Source of the DNA: Bacteroidales bacterium | GTDB lineage: Bacteria > Bacteroidota > Bacteroidia > Bacteroidales > FEN-979 | Assembly (NCBI GenBank): GCA_014860625.1 | Contig: JACZJJ010000022.1 | Coordinates: forward strand, 11,887 to 75,886 | Length of the DNA stretch: 64,000 nt | Direction of reading: 5' to 3' | Shown here: positions 49,254 through 60,700 of the stretch, piece after piece | How the letters are laid out: the number at the start of each line of letters is the position of its first letter | Numbering within the stretch: position 1 is the stretch's first letter | The notes under the pieces: generated by a model | Told to the model about the DNA's origin: nothing | Database searches by the model: none | Seen by the model: the letters and a program-made list of their open reading frames with translations, nothing else | Translations under genes and position numbers: made by a program

Positions 49254-52200
49254 TTATCTGCTTATTACAATTTTTCTCTGATATACCGCTCCATTTGTTG
49301 TTACTTTGAGCATGTAGATACCTTGCTTCAGGGAAGATAAATCCAAACTTAAAGTGGAGGCAGATAGATTATCCTCAGTGAGACATCTGTCACCCAACAG
49401 TGAATAGAGTTCTATTCGGGTGATCGGATTAGCCGACTCTAAGTATAACCGATTCCCGGCCGGATTCGGATAGACCACCAGCTTGCCGGCATCAGGGTAC
49501 TGATAACCAACCACCAGGGCCGTGACTGTATCCGTTCCCACCGATTCACACAGGGAGTCACCCGTTTGTGCGTTGATGAATTTTGCGGTCACGAAGTAAC
49601 GGAATGTCCCTGGCAGGCCCGGATCATCCGAATAGTTGGTTCCGGTAATTGGAGTAGAAGTGACTGGCACATAGGGTGCGGCGCCGGAAGAGTCGCTCCT
49701 GTAAAGCATGTAACCGGCCAAACCACTCAGGTCGTTGCAGGGAGGTGCATCCCAGAAGAGATCAACAAACTGTCCGTTTACCATCAGATCGAGGTTCAGT
49801 GGTGCGATACACTCACCATACATGGAGATATTGTCGATCAGCCAGTGCAGGATGTTCGAGGAGTTCTCCCCTTCAGCTACAAAACGAATCATGAATCCCT
49901 TCCCTGAAACCTGTCCGATATTCAAATGCAGCGTAGTCCAGTCGAAGGAACCAGTGTTGCTCAGGGTGTAGAGGGTCGTCCAGTAGTTGTCGCAATACAG
50001 ATCTATCCTAAGATGCTCAGTTCCCGTGGCAAACCGGTCAACCAGTTTTACCTCCACATCCAGCCATATATCCGCGCAATCCCATGGGGTGGCATCAATC
50101 GCCCGACTGATCAGTTCGAAGTGATAATTGGTCTGAATGGGCTCCCATGAGAAATCGGCATAGGGAGCTGTTCCTTCGTCCGACATGCTGATGTTCCAGT
50201 TCCCTTGGTCGGGTTCGAAGCTCCATTCGTTATACGTAAATGTTCCGCTATTCCATCCCTCTCCAAAAGGAAGAATTGGGCCACAAGCCACTTGAATGAC
50301 GGGTGCACGCTCCAACAGGGATTCATCCTGCTGCCCAGGAAAACCATAGTAGGTTATATCGAAAATTGCAGTCACATCATAATTATACAATCCCGGATTT
50401 AGGTTGGTGTCCAGAAATGTGGTGGAATCCGGGTCCTGGATATAATGGTGAAAATTGTGCCACCGATAGATCTTGTACCCGATCAACCCAATGGGTGTCA
50501 CCCCTGTTCCAATATCCAGCGGTTTGTCCCATGAGACATCGGCTGCACACTCAAGAGGGGTCGCAGTAACGTTTCGGACAGGGTAAAGGAAGTGGCTCGT
50601 AAAAGTATAACAAACCTGGTTGGAATAACCTGATGTATATACCGAGTTTACGCAAAAGTCATAGGTTTGCCCGTATTGTACTAAGTTCGGAGGGATAAGA
50701 TAACTGGTATCGGTTGTAAATGCAATCAGAACGTTATTCAGTTCGATATTATATCCTAAGAAGCACTGTGGGGGCGATAAACTAGTGCCACCAGCAATAA
50801 CCTGGATGTTGTCAATATTCCAGTTGTTGATATTGTAACTGTCGGCCCCCCAGGCTTTGAATCGTATCTGGATGTCGTCATCAGTATATTGGGAGATGTC
50901 GAGTTGATCGCAAGTCCAGGAGATAGACCCCCACTGGTTGTTCCAGTTCTTCACCTGTGTCCAGGCTGAGCCATCCCATATTTCGATAGCCATGTTTTCG
51001 GTGGTGGTGGTGCCGAAATTACTTAGATAGATGTCGTATTTGAGTATCAGGAAGGGAGAGTTTAGTCCGTGAATTATCTGGTTGCTGGCAAGATACTGCT
51101 CATAGTTTGTGAGAGTTGGTGTGGAAGTGAATGTTGCTGATGGGGAAGGGTTTCCAAATGTTGTGTTGATCTGCCAGTTGGAGTTTGCTGGTGTCTCTAT
51201 CCATTGGTTTGGCCCATACCCGTTACTCCAGTCTTCGTTAAAAAGATTCTGAAGATCCAAGGGATAATACCATTGTCCTTCAAGACTTTTGTCATCTACG
51301 AAAACAAATCCGGGAGGGTTTGGAACAGGACCAGTGGGGATGACCTGAATGGAATCGTCTCCGGTAATATCGAGCAAGAGAGTGTATGGATTGCAGTTGA
51401 AGGTGTAGCACTCCAGCATATAAGATCCAAACCATACATTGGGGATAAAGGCATAACCTGATGAATCGGGTTGAATTAAATAGATTGTATCAGGGTAACT
51501 AACATTTGTTAACATGGCTGGAGGATGGGGGTTGATGGTATCCTCCTCACAGCAATTTGCTGTATACACCGTAATGCCAGCTGTCCAGCACTTCCCGATA
51601 ACATTTGTAAATGTGGAGGTGGATAATTGCCCCATGTAATCCACTTTGCAGGCCCATAGGTAAGGACTGCAGGGGAGTGACGACCAGGTATTGTCGGTGA
51701 ACGTGGGAGAGGAAGAGGTTCCGATAGAAGTCCACACAGCCGGGTTGCTCTCTTCGCCCTGTTTGAGTCTCCAGAAGTGGTATCCAGTGATAGTTTCGGG
51801 GTCATTTCCCGTCCCTGTTGAAGTTGTTTCAGGAGGCATTCCGTCGAGGGGTGGGAGTGGTCCTCCCTCTCCTTCCACGAAGGCCCGCACCATGAAGTTT
51901 CCGTTGGCAGGCACCCAGGGACCTCCGGTTGTAGCCGACCAGTTGTAGCTTCGCAGTTGAGGGGTGGTCTCGTCCACTGCGATGCCGGAAGCGTTTGGCG
52001 CATTGCCTCCCTGAATCCTGACAAGGTAGAAATTTCCGCTTGTTATGACGGTCGGAGGAAATACAAAATCAACCCATCCGTAATTTGACGGGGTTACATC
52101 GATTAATTCTCCAACTTGATTGCCAGGCAGTCCTCCCGGACCTGAGGCATCATAAACGGCCATCTGGAACGGAACCAGACCAGGGGCTCCTGGTGTGTAA

Positions 52201-53510
52201 TCGTCCGCTGTTCCGATATGGACTTTCCCACCAAAGATGGTACATGGATAACCAACCGGGGAAAACTTCACGGCATTCTTGCTGCCGGCCTGTGCCCATA
52301 CGGTAAAATTATCCTGGATCCCATCGTCGTATAGAATTTCATATGAACCTGACGGGAACTGCCAGGAGAGGTCGACAGCTGTCTGGGTCCCGTTCAGGAT
52401 GGCTGTGCCGGGTCCGGGTGGGTAATTCGAAGGTGGCATTGCAATGTTTAGGGATTCGGTCACTCCAATCTGAAAGATGAATGGTCCTGCAGCGTAACTA
52501 TCAAAACCGAGCTTATTTGCAGTTACGGAGAATGCTCCTGGCGGATAGATATTTAAGGTATATTGTCCGCCTCCGGTGGAATAGGTGACAGCATTCCCCA
52601 CCTGGATCCTGGCTCCCACAATCGGATTCCCGCTGTGGGCGTTGGTCACAATGCCACTGAGGTAGGCAGGTGTTGGGTCCATGCAAAAATTCTGCGTGGT
52701 GGTTTGCTGGTTCACTACATTCACTGTTTTCTGTTGCGTCAGGAATGAGGGGGCCGAACAGGAGACCTGTTGGGATCCGATAGGAACATTCAGCAGGGTA
52801 TAATATCCTGTGGGGTTTGAAGTGGTGGTTAATGCTCCGCAAGTAACGGTGGCGCCTGACAGAGGTTGATTGTTGAAACAGTTTTTCACCTGTCCGGTCA
52901 GGATCCCGGTATTTGGCAAGAGCATTACACCATTGATGTGCACCAAATCCAGATGACAATTGTTTCCATAATCGGACATGAATACAAAAGCCACGTAGAG
53001 AGCAGGTTGTCCTGCAGTCAATGAAGGGAGCGGGATAGATTTTATCTTCCATCCGGATACGGTATTGTACCGTCCAACCATTCCAGCCATTTCCCAAGTG
53101 GTTCCGTTCGTGGACCACTCTACGATCAAACTGTCATAGTTGGAGGGGTAGGCATTATCTTCTAGCCAGGCAAAATCGACTGAAATTGCCAGATAGCCGA
53201 CAGTAGATAACGAAATTGTCCGCTTCAACCGGGTAAAATTACCGGAAGGTGCGGTCCAGGAATTAAACTCAACCAGGCGACTACCATCGAAAGGAGTGAC
53301 CGTTGGGTGAGTTCCTGTTGGGAGAAAACTGACCTGCCCGGCTGTTCCCGAAACCTGTTCGGTTGTCCAGCCCGGGGGAGGCGTGGTGCCGGAACCTCCT
53401 TCGAATGATTCGGTAAGGAGGACCGTTTGCGCTGTTGCTGTGAGGTGTGGCAATAACAAACAAAAAATCAGCAAGAGCCACCTGCATGAGGGGGATATAT
53501 GTAATTTCAT
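49254..53510 (-). CDS. Large T9SS cargo, adhesin-like (beta-sandwich, carboxypeptidase-regulatory-like and FN3-like repeats)
   Basis: Signal peptide; repeated WxIDNI modules; PLSGATV/PIVGARI; VYPNPA CTD; TATATTTG at 53535-53542 on the minus strand. Confidence 0.75.
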   Translation of the reverse strand: MKLHISPSCRWLLLIFCLLLPHLTATAQTVLLTESFEGGSGTTPPPGWTTEQVSGTAGQVSFLPTGTHPTVTPFDGSRLVEFNSWTAPSGNFTRLKRTISLSTVGYLAISVDFAWLEDNAYPSNYDSLIVEWSTNGTTWEMAGMVGRYNTVSGWKIKSIPLPSLTAGQPALYVAFVFMSDYGNNCHLDLVHINGVMLLPNTGILTGQVKNCFNNQPLSGATVTCGALTTTSNPTGYYTLLNVPIGSQQVSCSAPSFLTQQKTVNVVNQQTTTQNFCMDPTPAYLSGIVTNAHSGNPIVGARIQVGNAVTYSTGGGQYTLNIYPPGAFSVTANKLGFDSYAAGPFIFQIGVTESLNIAMPPSNYPPGPGTAILNGTQTAVDLSWQFPSGSYEILYDDGIQDNFTVWAQAGSKNAVKFSPVGYPCTIFGGKVHIGTADDYTPGAPGLVPFQMAVYDASGPGGLPGNQVGELIDVTPSNYGWVDFVFPPTVITSGNFYLVRIQGGNAPNASGIAVDETTPQLRSYNWSATTGGPWVPANGNFMVRAFVEGEGGPLPPLDGMPPETTSTGTGNDPETITGYHFWRLKQGEESNPAVWTSIGTSSSPTFTDNTWSSLPCSPYLWACKVDYMGQLSTSTFTNVIGKCWTAGITVYTANCCEEDTINPHPPAMLTNVSYPDTIYLIQPDSSGYAFIPNVWFGSYMLECYTFNCNPYTLLLDITGDDSIQVIPTGPVPNPPGFVFVDDKSLEGQWYYPLDLQNLFNEDWSNGYGPNQWIETPANSNWQINTTFGNPSPSATFTSTPTLTNYEQYLASNQIIHGLNSPFLILKYDIYLSNFGTTTTENMAIEIWDGSAWTQVKNWNNQWGSISWTCDQLDISQYTDDDIQIRFKAWGADSYNINNWNIDNIQVIAGGTSLSPPQCFLGYNIELNNVLIAFTTDTSYLIPPNLVQYGQTYDFCVNSVYTSGYSNQVCYTFTSHFLYPVRNVTATPLECAADVSWDKPLDIGTGVTPIGLIGYKIYRWHNFHHYIQDPDSTTFLDTNLNPGLYNYDVTAIFDITYYGFPGQQDESLLERAPVIQVACGPILPFGEGWNSGTFTYNEWSFEPDQGNWNISMSDEGTAPYADFSWEPIQTNYHFELISRAIDATPWDCADIWLDVEVKLVDRFATGTEHLRIDLYCDNYWTTLYTLSNTGSFDWTTLHLNIGQVSGKGFMIRFVAEGENSSNILHWLIDNISMYGECIAPLNLDLMVNGQFVDLFWDAPPCNDLSGLAGYMLYRSDSSGAAPYVPVTSTPITGTNYSDDPGLPGTFRYFVTAKFINAQTGDSLCESVGTDTVTALVVGYQYPDAGKLVVYPNPAGNRLYLESANPITRIELYSLLGDRCLTEDNLSASTLSLDLSSLKQGIYMLKVTTNGAVYQRKIVISR

Positions 53511-53580
53511 AAAACATAGAATGTATGTTAGTGTCAAATATACAAAATAATTAGGGAAAAATTATAAATTGTTGAAAAAA

Positions 53581-55473
53581 TTACTGGAGCCTCCCCCGCA
53601 TCTGATCCAACGCCGATTGGGTTCCCAGGGCAATCACCGTATCACCGAGGCGAAGCTGGGTGTCTCCGTGAGGGACGTAGATGTTGTTTTTGCGCTTTAC
53701 GAGCATCAGGGAGCCGTCGTGGTGAAAAGGGATCTCCTTTACCTGCAGGCCATCACAGGCCCTGCTTGTGATCTCAATCTCCTCCACACTGAAACTTTCA
53801 AAGGTCTCCACCAGGGTATGGTAGGTAGTGGGACGAAGGATCAGGTTTTCAATGGTTGTCACCACTGTCCGGAGAAGATCTATCGTCTCCACTCCCATTC
53901 GGTTATACATTTGCTCGACCGATCGTGAGGGTGCCACGGCAATGATGCGGTTGTGGGCAAAGTGATTTCGCAGCAACTCACAGATGCTGATATTTTCCTC
54001 CTCCGATTCGGTGAGTACGATCACATAATTTGCCGGAATGAGTTTAAGTTTTACGTAAACTTCCGGATCCTTGCCATCGCCATGAAATGCATGAAGCCCT
54101 TTCTCTTCAATATCACGGAACCTTTTCTGGTCTAGCTCAATGATGACTGTTTCGCGGCTATGCATTTTAAATCTCCTGGCCAACAACACCGCTGAACTGC
54201 TGCCACCGACGATAATCAGCTTGTCGGCCGGCATCAGGGCTTTCGGACTTATTAAATTATACAGGATAGGCGAAACGATACAGGTGATGATAGCCATCAG
54301 AATCACGGCGGCATTAATTTCGGGAGAGATCAACTCCATCTGTAAGCCAATGGCTGAAGCAGCAATGATCAGGCTGAGCCTGGATGAGATCAGAAACCCG
54401 CCGGCCAACGCTTTTCGAACTCCAAAGAGACGAGTCCAGATCAGGGATGGGATCACCTTCACAGCATAGAGGGTGATCAGAAAAAGAGCCAGAAACAGGA
54501 ACAACGAACTCTCCAGACCTGCCAGTAAGGAGGGATCAAACCGGATGCCGACCATGACAAAAAACACCGGGATGAAAAATCCATACCCCATTCCATCCAG
54601 TTTCAACAGCAGCAACGACCGGGCTTTGTGGGTATAAACAGAGAGCAATAACCCACCGAGAAATGCTCCGAGCAACATCACCTCTCTGCCGATAAACTGC
54701 GCCAGCACGATAAATATCAGAAGCATCAGCATCGTTCCGCGCACAGTGATCTGGGAGGCGGCTTCCGAAAGTTGGAAGATCAGCTTTTTTATCAGTGGGA
54801 TCCTCTTCAGCAGGATGCCGGTGGAGTAGAAGACAAAGAACAGGAGGATAATGCCCAGGATCAGCAGGATCTCGGGCTGGAATCCGTTTTTGAGGATAAA
54901 CGCTGTGAACGAGAAAAGGATGATGCTGAGGATGTCGGCAATGACGGCGGCCAGCACGATCATCTGTCCGAAACGGCTGCTGATCTCTCCACGCTCTTTT
55001 AAAACCGGGATGATGATACCTACGGATGTCGTTATCATGATCAAAGCAAAATAGAAGGTATTTTGCATGGGGATGTATTGACGCATGACAATAGCGCCTC
55101 CGTAGGAGAGCGTAACCGTAAGAATGAATATGCTGAAGCCTACCAGAAATGGGTTGCTCAGAAACCTGGCCATGGTCAGCCGTCGGCGTGGGAGTGAGGC
55201 TACGATCTGGTCCATGTCAATCTCCAGTCCGCTCAGAAACATCAGGAACATGAACCCTGTGAATGCCAGGAAATCAAGAATATCTGTACTCTCGGGGGTG
55301 AAGTAGCTGAACAGGAATTTTCCGATCACAAATCCGATCACGATCTCCATGATCACCGTTGGGATCCTTCGTAACCGCAACACAGTCATCAGCAACGGCG
55401 TCAGCCACGCTACCGCCGCCACCACCAGAAGTGGCAGGTAGTCGAAGTGGCTGAAGATTGCGAGAATGTTCAT
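53581..55473 (-). CDS. CPA2 cation:proton antiporter with TrkA-N/TrkA-C domains
   Basis: FLSGLEID, TTSVGI, FFIPVFF, PHGDTQLRLGD. Confidence 0.88.
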   Translation of the reverse strand: MNILAIFSHFDYLPLLVVAAVAWLTPLLMTVLRLRRIPTVIMEIVIGFVIGKFLFSYFTPESTDILDFLAFTGFMFLMFLSGLEIDMDQIVASLPRRRLTMARFLSNPFLVGFSIFILTVTLSYGGAIVMRQYIPMQNTFYFALIMITTSVGIIIPVLKERGEISSRFGQMIVLAAVIADILSIILFSFTAFILKNGFQPEILLILGIILLFFVFYSTGILLKRIPLIKKLIFQLSEAASQITVRGTMLMLLIFIVLAQFIGREVMLLGAFLGGLLLSVYTHKARSLLLLKLDGMGYGFFIPVFFVMVGIRFDPSLLAGLESSLFLFLALFLITLYAVKVIPSLIWTRLFGVRKALAGGFLISSRLSLIIAASAIGLQMELISPEINAAVILMAIITCIVSPILYNLISPKALMPADKLIIVGGSSSAVLLARRFKMHSRETVIIELDQKRFRDIEEKGLHAFHGDGKDPEVYVKLKLIPANYVIVLTESEEENISICELLRNHFAHNRIIAVAPSRSVEQMYNRMGVETIDLLRTVVTTIENLILRPTTYHTLVETFESFSVEEIEITSRACDGLQVKEIPFHHDGSLMLVKRKNNIYVPHGDTQLRLGDTVIALGTQSALDQMRGRLQ

Positions 55474-55503
55474 TGGTCATTAATGTTTATTTACCCCAAA
55501 CTC

Positions 55504-55593
55504 ACCCCCAAACCCCCTGAAGGGGGCTTACTCTGCTTCGCAGTTTTACCCTCCCGGAGGGAGGAGTAAGTCCCCTTCAGGGGATTTAGGGGT
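55504..55593. repeat. Branched palindromic element (CCCCCTGAAGGGGG...CCCCTTCAGGGG)
   Basis: Outer inverted arms, inner hairpins CTGCTTCGCAG and CCCTCCCGGAGGG; supplies the stop of the upstream gene. Confidence 0.7.
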
Positions 55594-56719
55594 ATATCTC
55601 CACCACCGCTCCTTCTTTCGCTTTCGCATACCCCCGAAACATTGCATTGGTGTTGAAGGGCATCGCGATATTTCCATCTTTGTCAACAGCGATCAGGCCG
55701 CCACCGCCTCCCTGCGATTTCAGTTTATCCCGGATGAGGTAGTTTGTCGCCTCTTCCAGAGACCAATCCCGGTACTCCATCAGTGCGGAGACATCATAGG
55801 CGATCACATTCCGCATGAAATATTCGCCTGTACCGGTGCAGGAAACCGCACAGGTAGCATTATTTGCGTAGGTTCCTGCCCCAATGATCGGGGTGTCGCC
55901 AATCCTCCCTTTCATTTTCATCATCAGTCCCCCGGTAGAGGTTGCCGCTGCCAGGTTGCCCATGTTATCCAGGGCAACAGCACCCACAGTCCCTTTGGTG
56001 TTGTCATCCTTCATGCTCACGGTATCGGGCCGAGAATCCTTTTTCTCTTTGATTGTATCTGATTTGCTTCGCTGCTGCTCTTTCATCCGCTCGTATTGTT
56101 TCGTTCTGGCCGGGGTCTGAAAATAGGAACGGTCAACCATTTCGAGTCCCTGTGCCTGTGCGAAAAGATCGGCTCCTTCGCACATCAGAAGAACATGCCG
56201 TGTTTCAGTCATCACCAGCCGGGCGGCCGACACCGGATGCCGTATGGTGGTTACACCAGTTACCGCACCAGCCATCAAGGTACTCCCATCCATGATGGAG
56301 GCATCCATTTCGGCATATCCTTCATCGTTGTACACAGCGCCTTTCCCGGCATTGAAGAGGGGGCAGTCCTCCATAAACATCACCACGGCTTCCACGGCTT
56401 CCATACTGCTTCCTCCCTTTTCCAGGATGCCTGTTCCCACCGCAAGGGCTTCATTGAGTTTATCTTTGTATGCCTGTTCTTGCTCCTCCGACATCGATCC
56501 CTGGGGAGGTCCGCCGGCCCCCCCGTGGATGACCAGAACCCAGTTGCCCGGATGAAAGCCTGGTTGTCCGGTCCCGGATGCCTGATCCCGGATGCCGGAT
56601 GCCGGATCGGGGAGAGGTGTAATGGAAACATCCTGGCTGAAACCTGTTGAGCTGAAAAGTAACGGAATTAATAGCATCAGAAAGCCGCCAAATCCTGGTA
56701 TTTTACATGTCTTTTTCAT
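55586..56719 (-). CDS. Isoaspartyl peptidase / L-asparaginase (Ntn hydrolase), secreted
   Basis: VIHGGAG, FNAGKG, GTVGAVA, ATSTGG, GRIGDTP. Confidence 0.9.
   Translation of the reverse strand: MKKTCKIPGFGGFLMLLIPLLFSSTGFSQDVSITPLPDPASGIRDQASGTGQPGFHPGNWVLVIHGGAGGPPQGSMSEEQEQAYKDKLNEALAVGTGILEKGGSSMEAVEAVVMFMEDCPLFNAGKGAVYNDEGYAEMDASIMDGSTLMAGAVTGVTTIRHPVSAARLVMTETRHVLLMCEGADLFAQAQGLEMVDRSYFQTPARTKQYERMKEQQRSKSDTIKEKKDSRPDTVSMKDDNTKGTVGAVALDNMGNLAAATSTGGLMMKMKGRIGDTPIIGAGTYANNATCAVSCTGTGEYFMRNVIAYDVSALMEYRDWSLEEATNYLIRDKLKSQGGGGGLIAVDKDGNIAMPFNTNAMFRGYAKAKEGAVVEIYP
56568..56609 (-). repeat. In-frame heptamer array (GCATCCG-type)x6
   Basis: Encodes DPASGIRDQASGT between signal peptide and enzyme. 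Confidence 0.8.
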
Positions 56720-56726
56720 TTCCTAA

Positions 56727-56803
56727 TTTTCAAATTTCATATTTCATATTTCGTCCTTCGTCCTTCTTCCTTCTTCCTTCTTCCTTCTTCCTTCGTCCCT
56801 CGT
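56727..56803 (+). repeat. Heptamer array x11 changing from ATTTCAT to CCTTCTT
   Basis: TTTTCAA ATTTCAT x2 ATTTCGT CCTTCGT CCTTCTT x4 CCTTCGT CCCTCGT. Confidence 0.9.
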
Positions 56804-56805
56804 CC

Positions 56806-57588
56806 TTACCCGATCAAAGCCCTGAACAGCTCCTTAAAATCCACCATCCCTGTCACCTTCAACGCTGCCAGGATCACGGAAGCCACGATGACCCACCGGA
56901 TAAATTTACCACCTTTTTTAATAGCCATCACGCTGGCGATGTAGGCTCCGGCAATACTGCCGATTGACAGCAATATCCCGTACAGGTAATACACCTGATC
57001 GCTGAGGATAAAGATCACCAGCGAAACGGCTGCCGAGAAGAGGATCACCAGGTTTTTGACGGCATTCGCCTTTACCAGTTCGAAGCCAACACCCAGCACC
57101 AATGCCATCAGCAGGAAATAGCCCACGCCCACCTGCAGGAAGCCGGCGTAAGCTCCCACTCCGAAGAAGAGAAGTACCTGCCACCATTGAATCTTCTTCT
57201 CCAGGAAGGCCGTGTTCTCCTTCATCCATCGTTCAGGCTTTGCAAAGATGAAGACCAGCATAAAAGCCATCACGATTACCATCGCAATCTCCAGGGCTTC
57301 CGGTTTGATCCCGGTAGCGAGCCATGCTCCGGCAAGCGACCCTACGGTAGCCGGTCCGACAAGCCACCAGATCTTGCGGGTGGTGAACATCTTGTTGCGC
57401 CAGAATGTGGTCACCGACGTGCTTGTCTGGAAAAAAACACTCACCCGGTTGGTCCCGTTGGCAATGGTGGCCGGAAGCCCAAGGATCAGCAAAAGTGATA
57501 AAGAAATCACGGATCCTCCCCCGGCGAGGGTGTTGATGAAGCCAACCAGTACGCCGGCTAAAATGATGATCAGGTACTCAACAATCAT
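56806..57588 (-). CDS. TauE/SafE family exporter
   Basis: GFINTLAGGGS, ANGTNR, YAGFLQVGVG. Confidence 0.88.
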   Translation of the reverse strand: MIVEYLIIILAGVLVGFINTLAGGGSVISLSLLLILGLPATIANGTNRVSVFFQTSTSVTTFWRNKMFTTRKIWWLVGPATVGSLAGAWLATGIKPEALEIAMVIVMAFMLVFIFAKPERWMKENTAFLEKKIQWWQVLLFFGVGAYAGFLQVGVGYFLLMALVLGVGFELVKANAVKNLVILFSAAVSLVIFILSDQVYYLYGILLSIGSIAGAYIASVMAIKKGGKFIRWVIVASVILAALKVTGMVDFKELFRALIG

Positions 57589-57791
57589 AACGCTCTTAGA
57601 TGATGATTTGCAGTGCAAACAGAATAGGAAGTCAAAAATAAGAAATCAAATCTGATAACACGACGATTATTGGTTTTTGTACCTATATACAAATAAGTAA
57701 TATTTAATTAGAATAAATAAGAATAAATAGCGTACCTTTGCCAGAGTATGATTTTATCCAAACGATTTTTTATTCACCTAATATCTTTCTC

Positions 57792-60700
57792 ATGAAAATA
57801 TTTACACGTTTTCTTGTGATCACAATCCTAATCGCAGGTTTCTTGCCAGCAACATACTCCCAGAGCTGGTCATACGGGGCACCTCTGGATACGGTTGCAC
57901 CAGCATCTATTTTTACCAGGGCAGAGTGCAGCGTCCCAAGGTCTTATCTGTTGGATTCATTGCAAAGTCCATATCCGACAACATCGTGGTTCAAATGTTT
58001 GTTCCTTTCACGGTATGAGGAGGCTACGCAGAATTACCCCGACAGCATGGCCGGCTGGTCGCCCATATTTACTTATCCATATGCAGTCGGCCTTGGTACG
58101 ATGCCGGTTCCGGGGTATGTCAATTATAAGGATGCCCATAACCGGTTTGCGGCCGGATACCGGCCCTGGGCGACCACAGTTTCAACAGGCGGATTTCCCG
58201 GCGCGAACTCGGTCACTTACTCAGCTGGTTTTGACTGGTATTTTGGGGTGGCAGACCCATCCGGGACGCCCGACAACATGGATCTGAAACCTTTCATCAA
58301 ATCATACGACGATCTGTCGGTCACACTTAGGTACAGACCAGCAACCGGTGGAACCGGGTATATGGAAGCTCCGCTTGTTAAAGGGATGCCTTATGTAACA
58401 GTGAAATATTCAGGGATGATCCCCTTCTTTGCTTCCCAGGCACGCACCCTCGCTGCTTATTCCACCGACGGTACGAACTTTATCACTTTACCCAATCCGA
58501 ATCCTGTTACTGTGACAAGTAACCGACTGGTCTTAAAATTGAACGGAGACGGTGGGGCAGGGAAATACATTTACTGGGTGTTGTACCTCTCAGATCCTGT
58601 TGAGGTAAAGATCTATTTTGATTATGGGAACTCTCATACCGGTTCACCCTACCAGGCAGCCATCTTCTTTTCGGCTCCGTACAATGGTTACCTCAGGACA
58701 GCTTATCTCGCTGCTGTAAATGGCACCAACCCGGTATATGATGATACCCAGAATATGGTAGCGAAACTGAATGTTCTCAACCAGTATGCAAAATGTTACC
58801 CGATGGGCGGAACCTTTGCGGCAACCATAGATAACAACAGTGACATTGCTCAGGTAAAGTTCAACTGGGCAACCAATATTCCCTCCAGTGATTCACTGCT
58901 CATGTTCGCCTTGCCGCACCATCTTGATATCCTGGCTCCGGGCACCAAAAAAGATACTGAGCTGACTCAGTACCAGGTGATCAAAGGCAAGCTGACTGGG
59001 ATTATCGGGAAAACCTGGAATATGAATGAACCACTGGTAAAGACCGGGTGGCAATCCCCAACCCATAACCTGGCCGGCAATACGTTGAAGAAATACCGCG
59101 ATATTTTATACAAGACACTGGTTGGTGACAAAGATACCATCGCGGGGGCGACTGCCCGTCCTGCAGGATATTTGAACCAGACAGCTACTTCCACCTACTT
59201 TGGCGGAAAACAGCTGGCAAAAAAAGGACGGCTGGCTGTGATTGCAGATGAGATGCAGCAATGGTACCCTGCGGGTCCGGTAGCAAAAAGCATCCGCGAC
59301 TCCCTGAAGACTGAAATGAACCGATGGATGGATGCGCAGGACCAGCTCCTCTGCCCGGGTTGGCAACCTAACTTTTTCAGGTATGACACCGTGTACGGAG
59401 GAATGATCAATTCTTTGGACCTTGGTCATGTAGGGGCCGATTTTGGCAACTCCGTTTATACTGACCACCATTTTCATTATGGATACTTCCTTTATGCCGC
59501 TGCCGCATTGGCCAAAGGAGATCCTGCATGGGGAACTGCCTACCGCAGTAAAATACTGCTTCTGGCAAGGGATATTGCCAATCCCTCCTCGCAAGACAAA
59601 TATTTTGTCAGGCAACGGAACAAAGACTGGTACGACGGCCATTGCTGGGCACAGGGACTGGCTGATGCAGCTGGGGTAGGGAACAACCAGGAGAGCACCA
59701 GTGAGTCGGTGAACGCCTGGTACGGGATGTACCTTCTCGGAATCGCACTGGGGGATAAAAACCTTGAAAACACCGGGCTTCTCTACCTTTCCACTGAGAT
59801 ACAATCAGCACAGAAATACTGGCAGATTGGGCCCGTTTCTGAGTACCCTCACCAGTATACCGACCTGTATAAAGTTGTGGGCAATATGTATGAGACAAGC
59901 ATCAATTCACTGGTTGCTTTTGGTGGAGTTGGAGATCCAAGGATGGTTTACGGTGTACAGCAGATCCCGACAACCCCTGTAAATAATGACTTTTTATATG
60001 AACCCTGGAGCGATACGCTGTTTAATTTTTATTACAAAGGGTCGAAGATGTATAATGATCCATCAGTGAGTGTCGACAGCGCCGACCTGCCATGGGCTTC
60101 GGTCAACCTGGCTTCCATTGGGATATCCAAGCCGGGGCATGCGTATGCCTATTACACAAAGTACATGCGCAATTATACCTACTATGGAGCCCCCGATGAT
60201 CCCCGGACCCTTGCAATTAAAAATTTTGATGATGGAGAGAGCAAGACCAATGTGCTGTACAACGCGCTTGTCAATGCTCCGTCGACCGTTAATAGAAGTA
60301 AATTCATGCTGGATGTCAGCATCACAGTAATTGCCCAGGATACGTTGGGAAACTGCCAGGGAGAAGTGCTTGTTGACGTGCTGAACGGAGGCCAGGCCGA
60401 CCCGCCATTCCACTACTTCTGGCTATTTGACGGCAACGAAGAGGAGGAGTACCATAACGAGGCACAGATCAACGGACTTTGTGCCGGCCGACATCTCCTG
60501 GAAGTCATTGACGGAGAGTTCAATATTGGGTATGCTGCAGTCACGGTCGAAAATCTTCTTTCGGTGAAAGAGAATGACAGGGAAGAAACCTTAAAGGTGT
60601 TTCCGAATCCTTCGAGCGAAGGAAAATTTACTGTAAGCTGGAATACTGCCGGGAACGGGGTCGAAGAGATGCAGGTTTATTCTGCTTCAGGAAGAAACAT

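Noticed and set aside
57621-57650. Degenerate heptamer run (AATAGGA AGTCAAA AATAAGA AATCAAA)
   Set aside because: Too A-rich and degenerate to separate from background.
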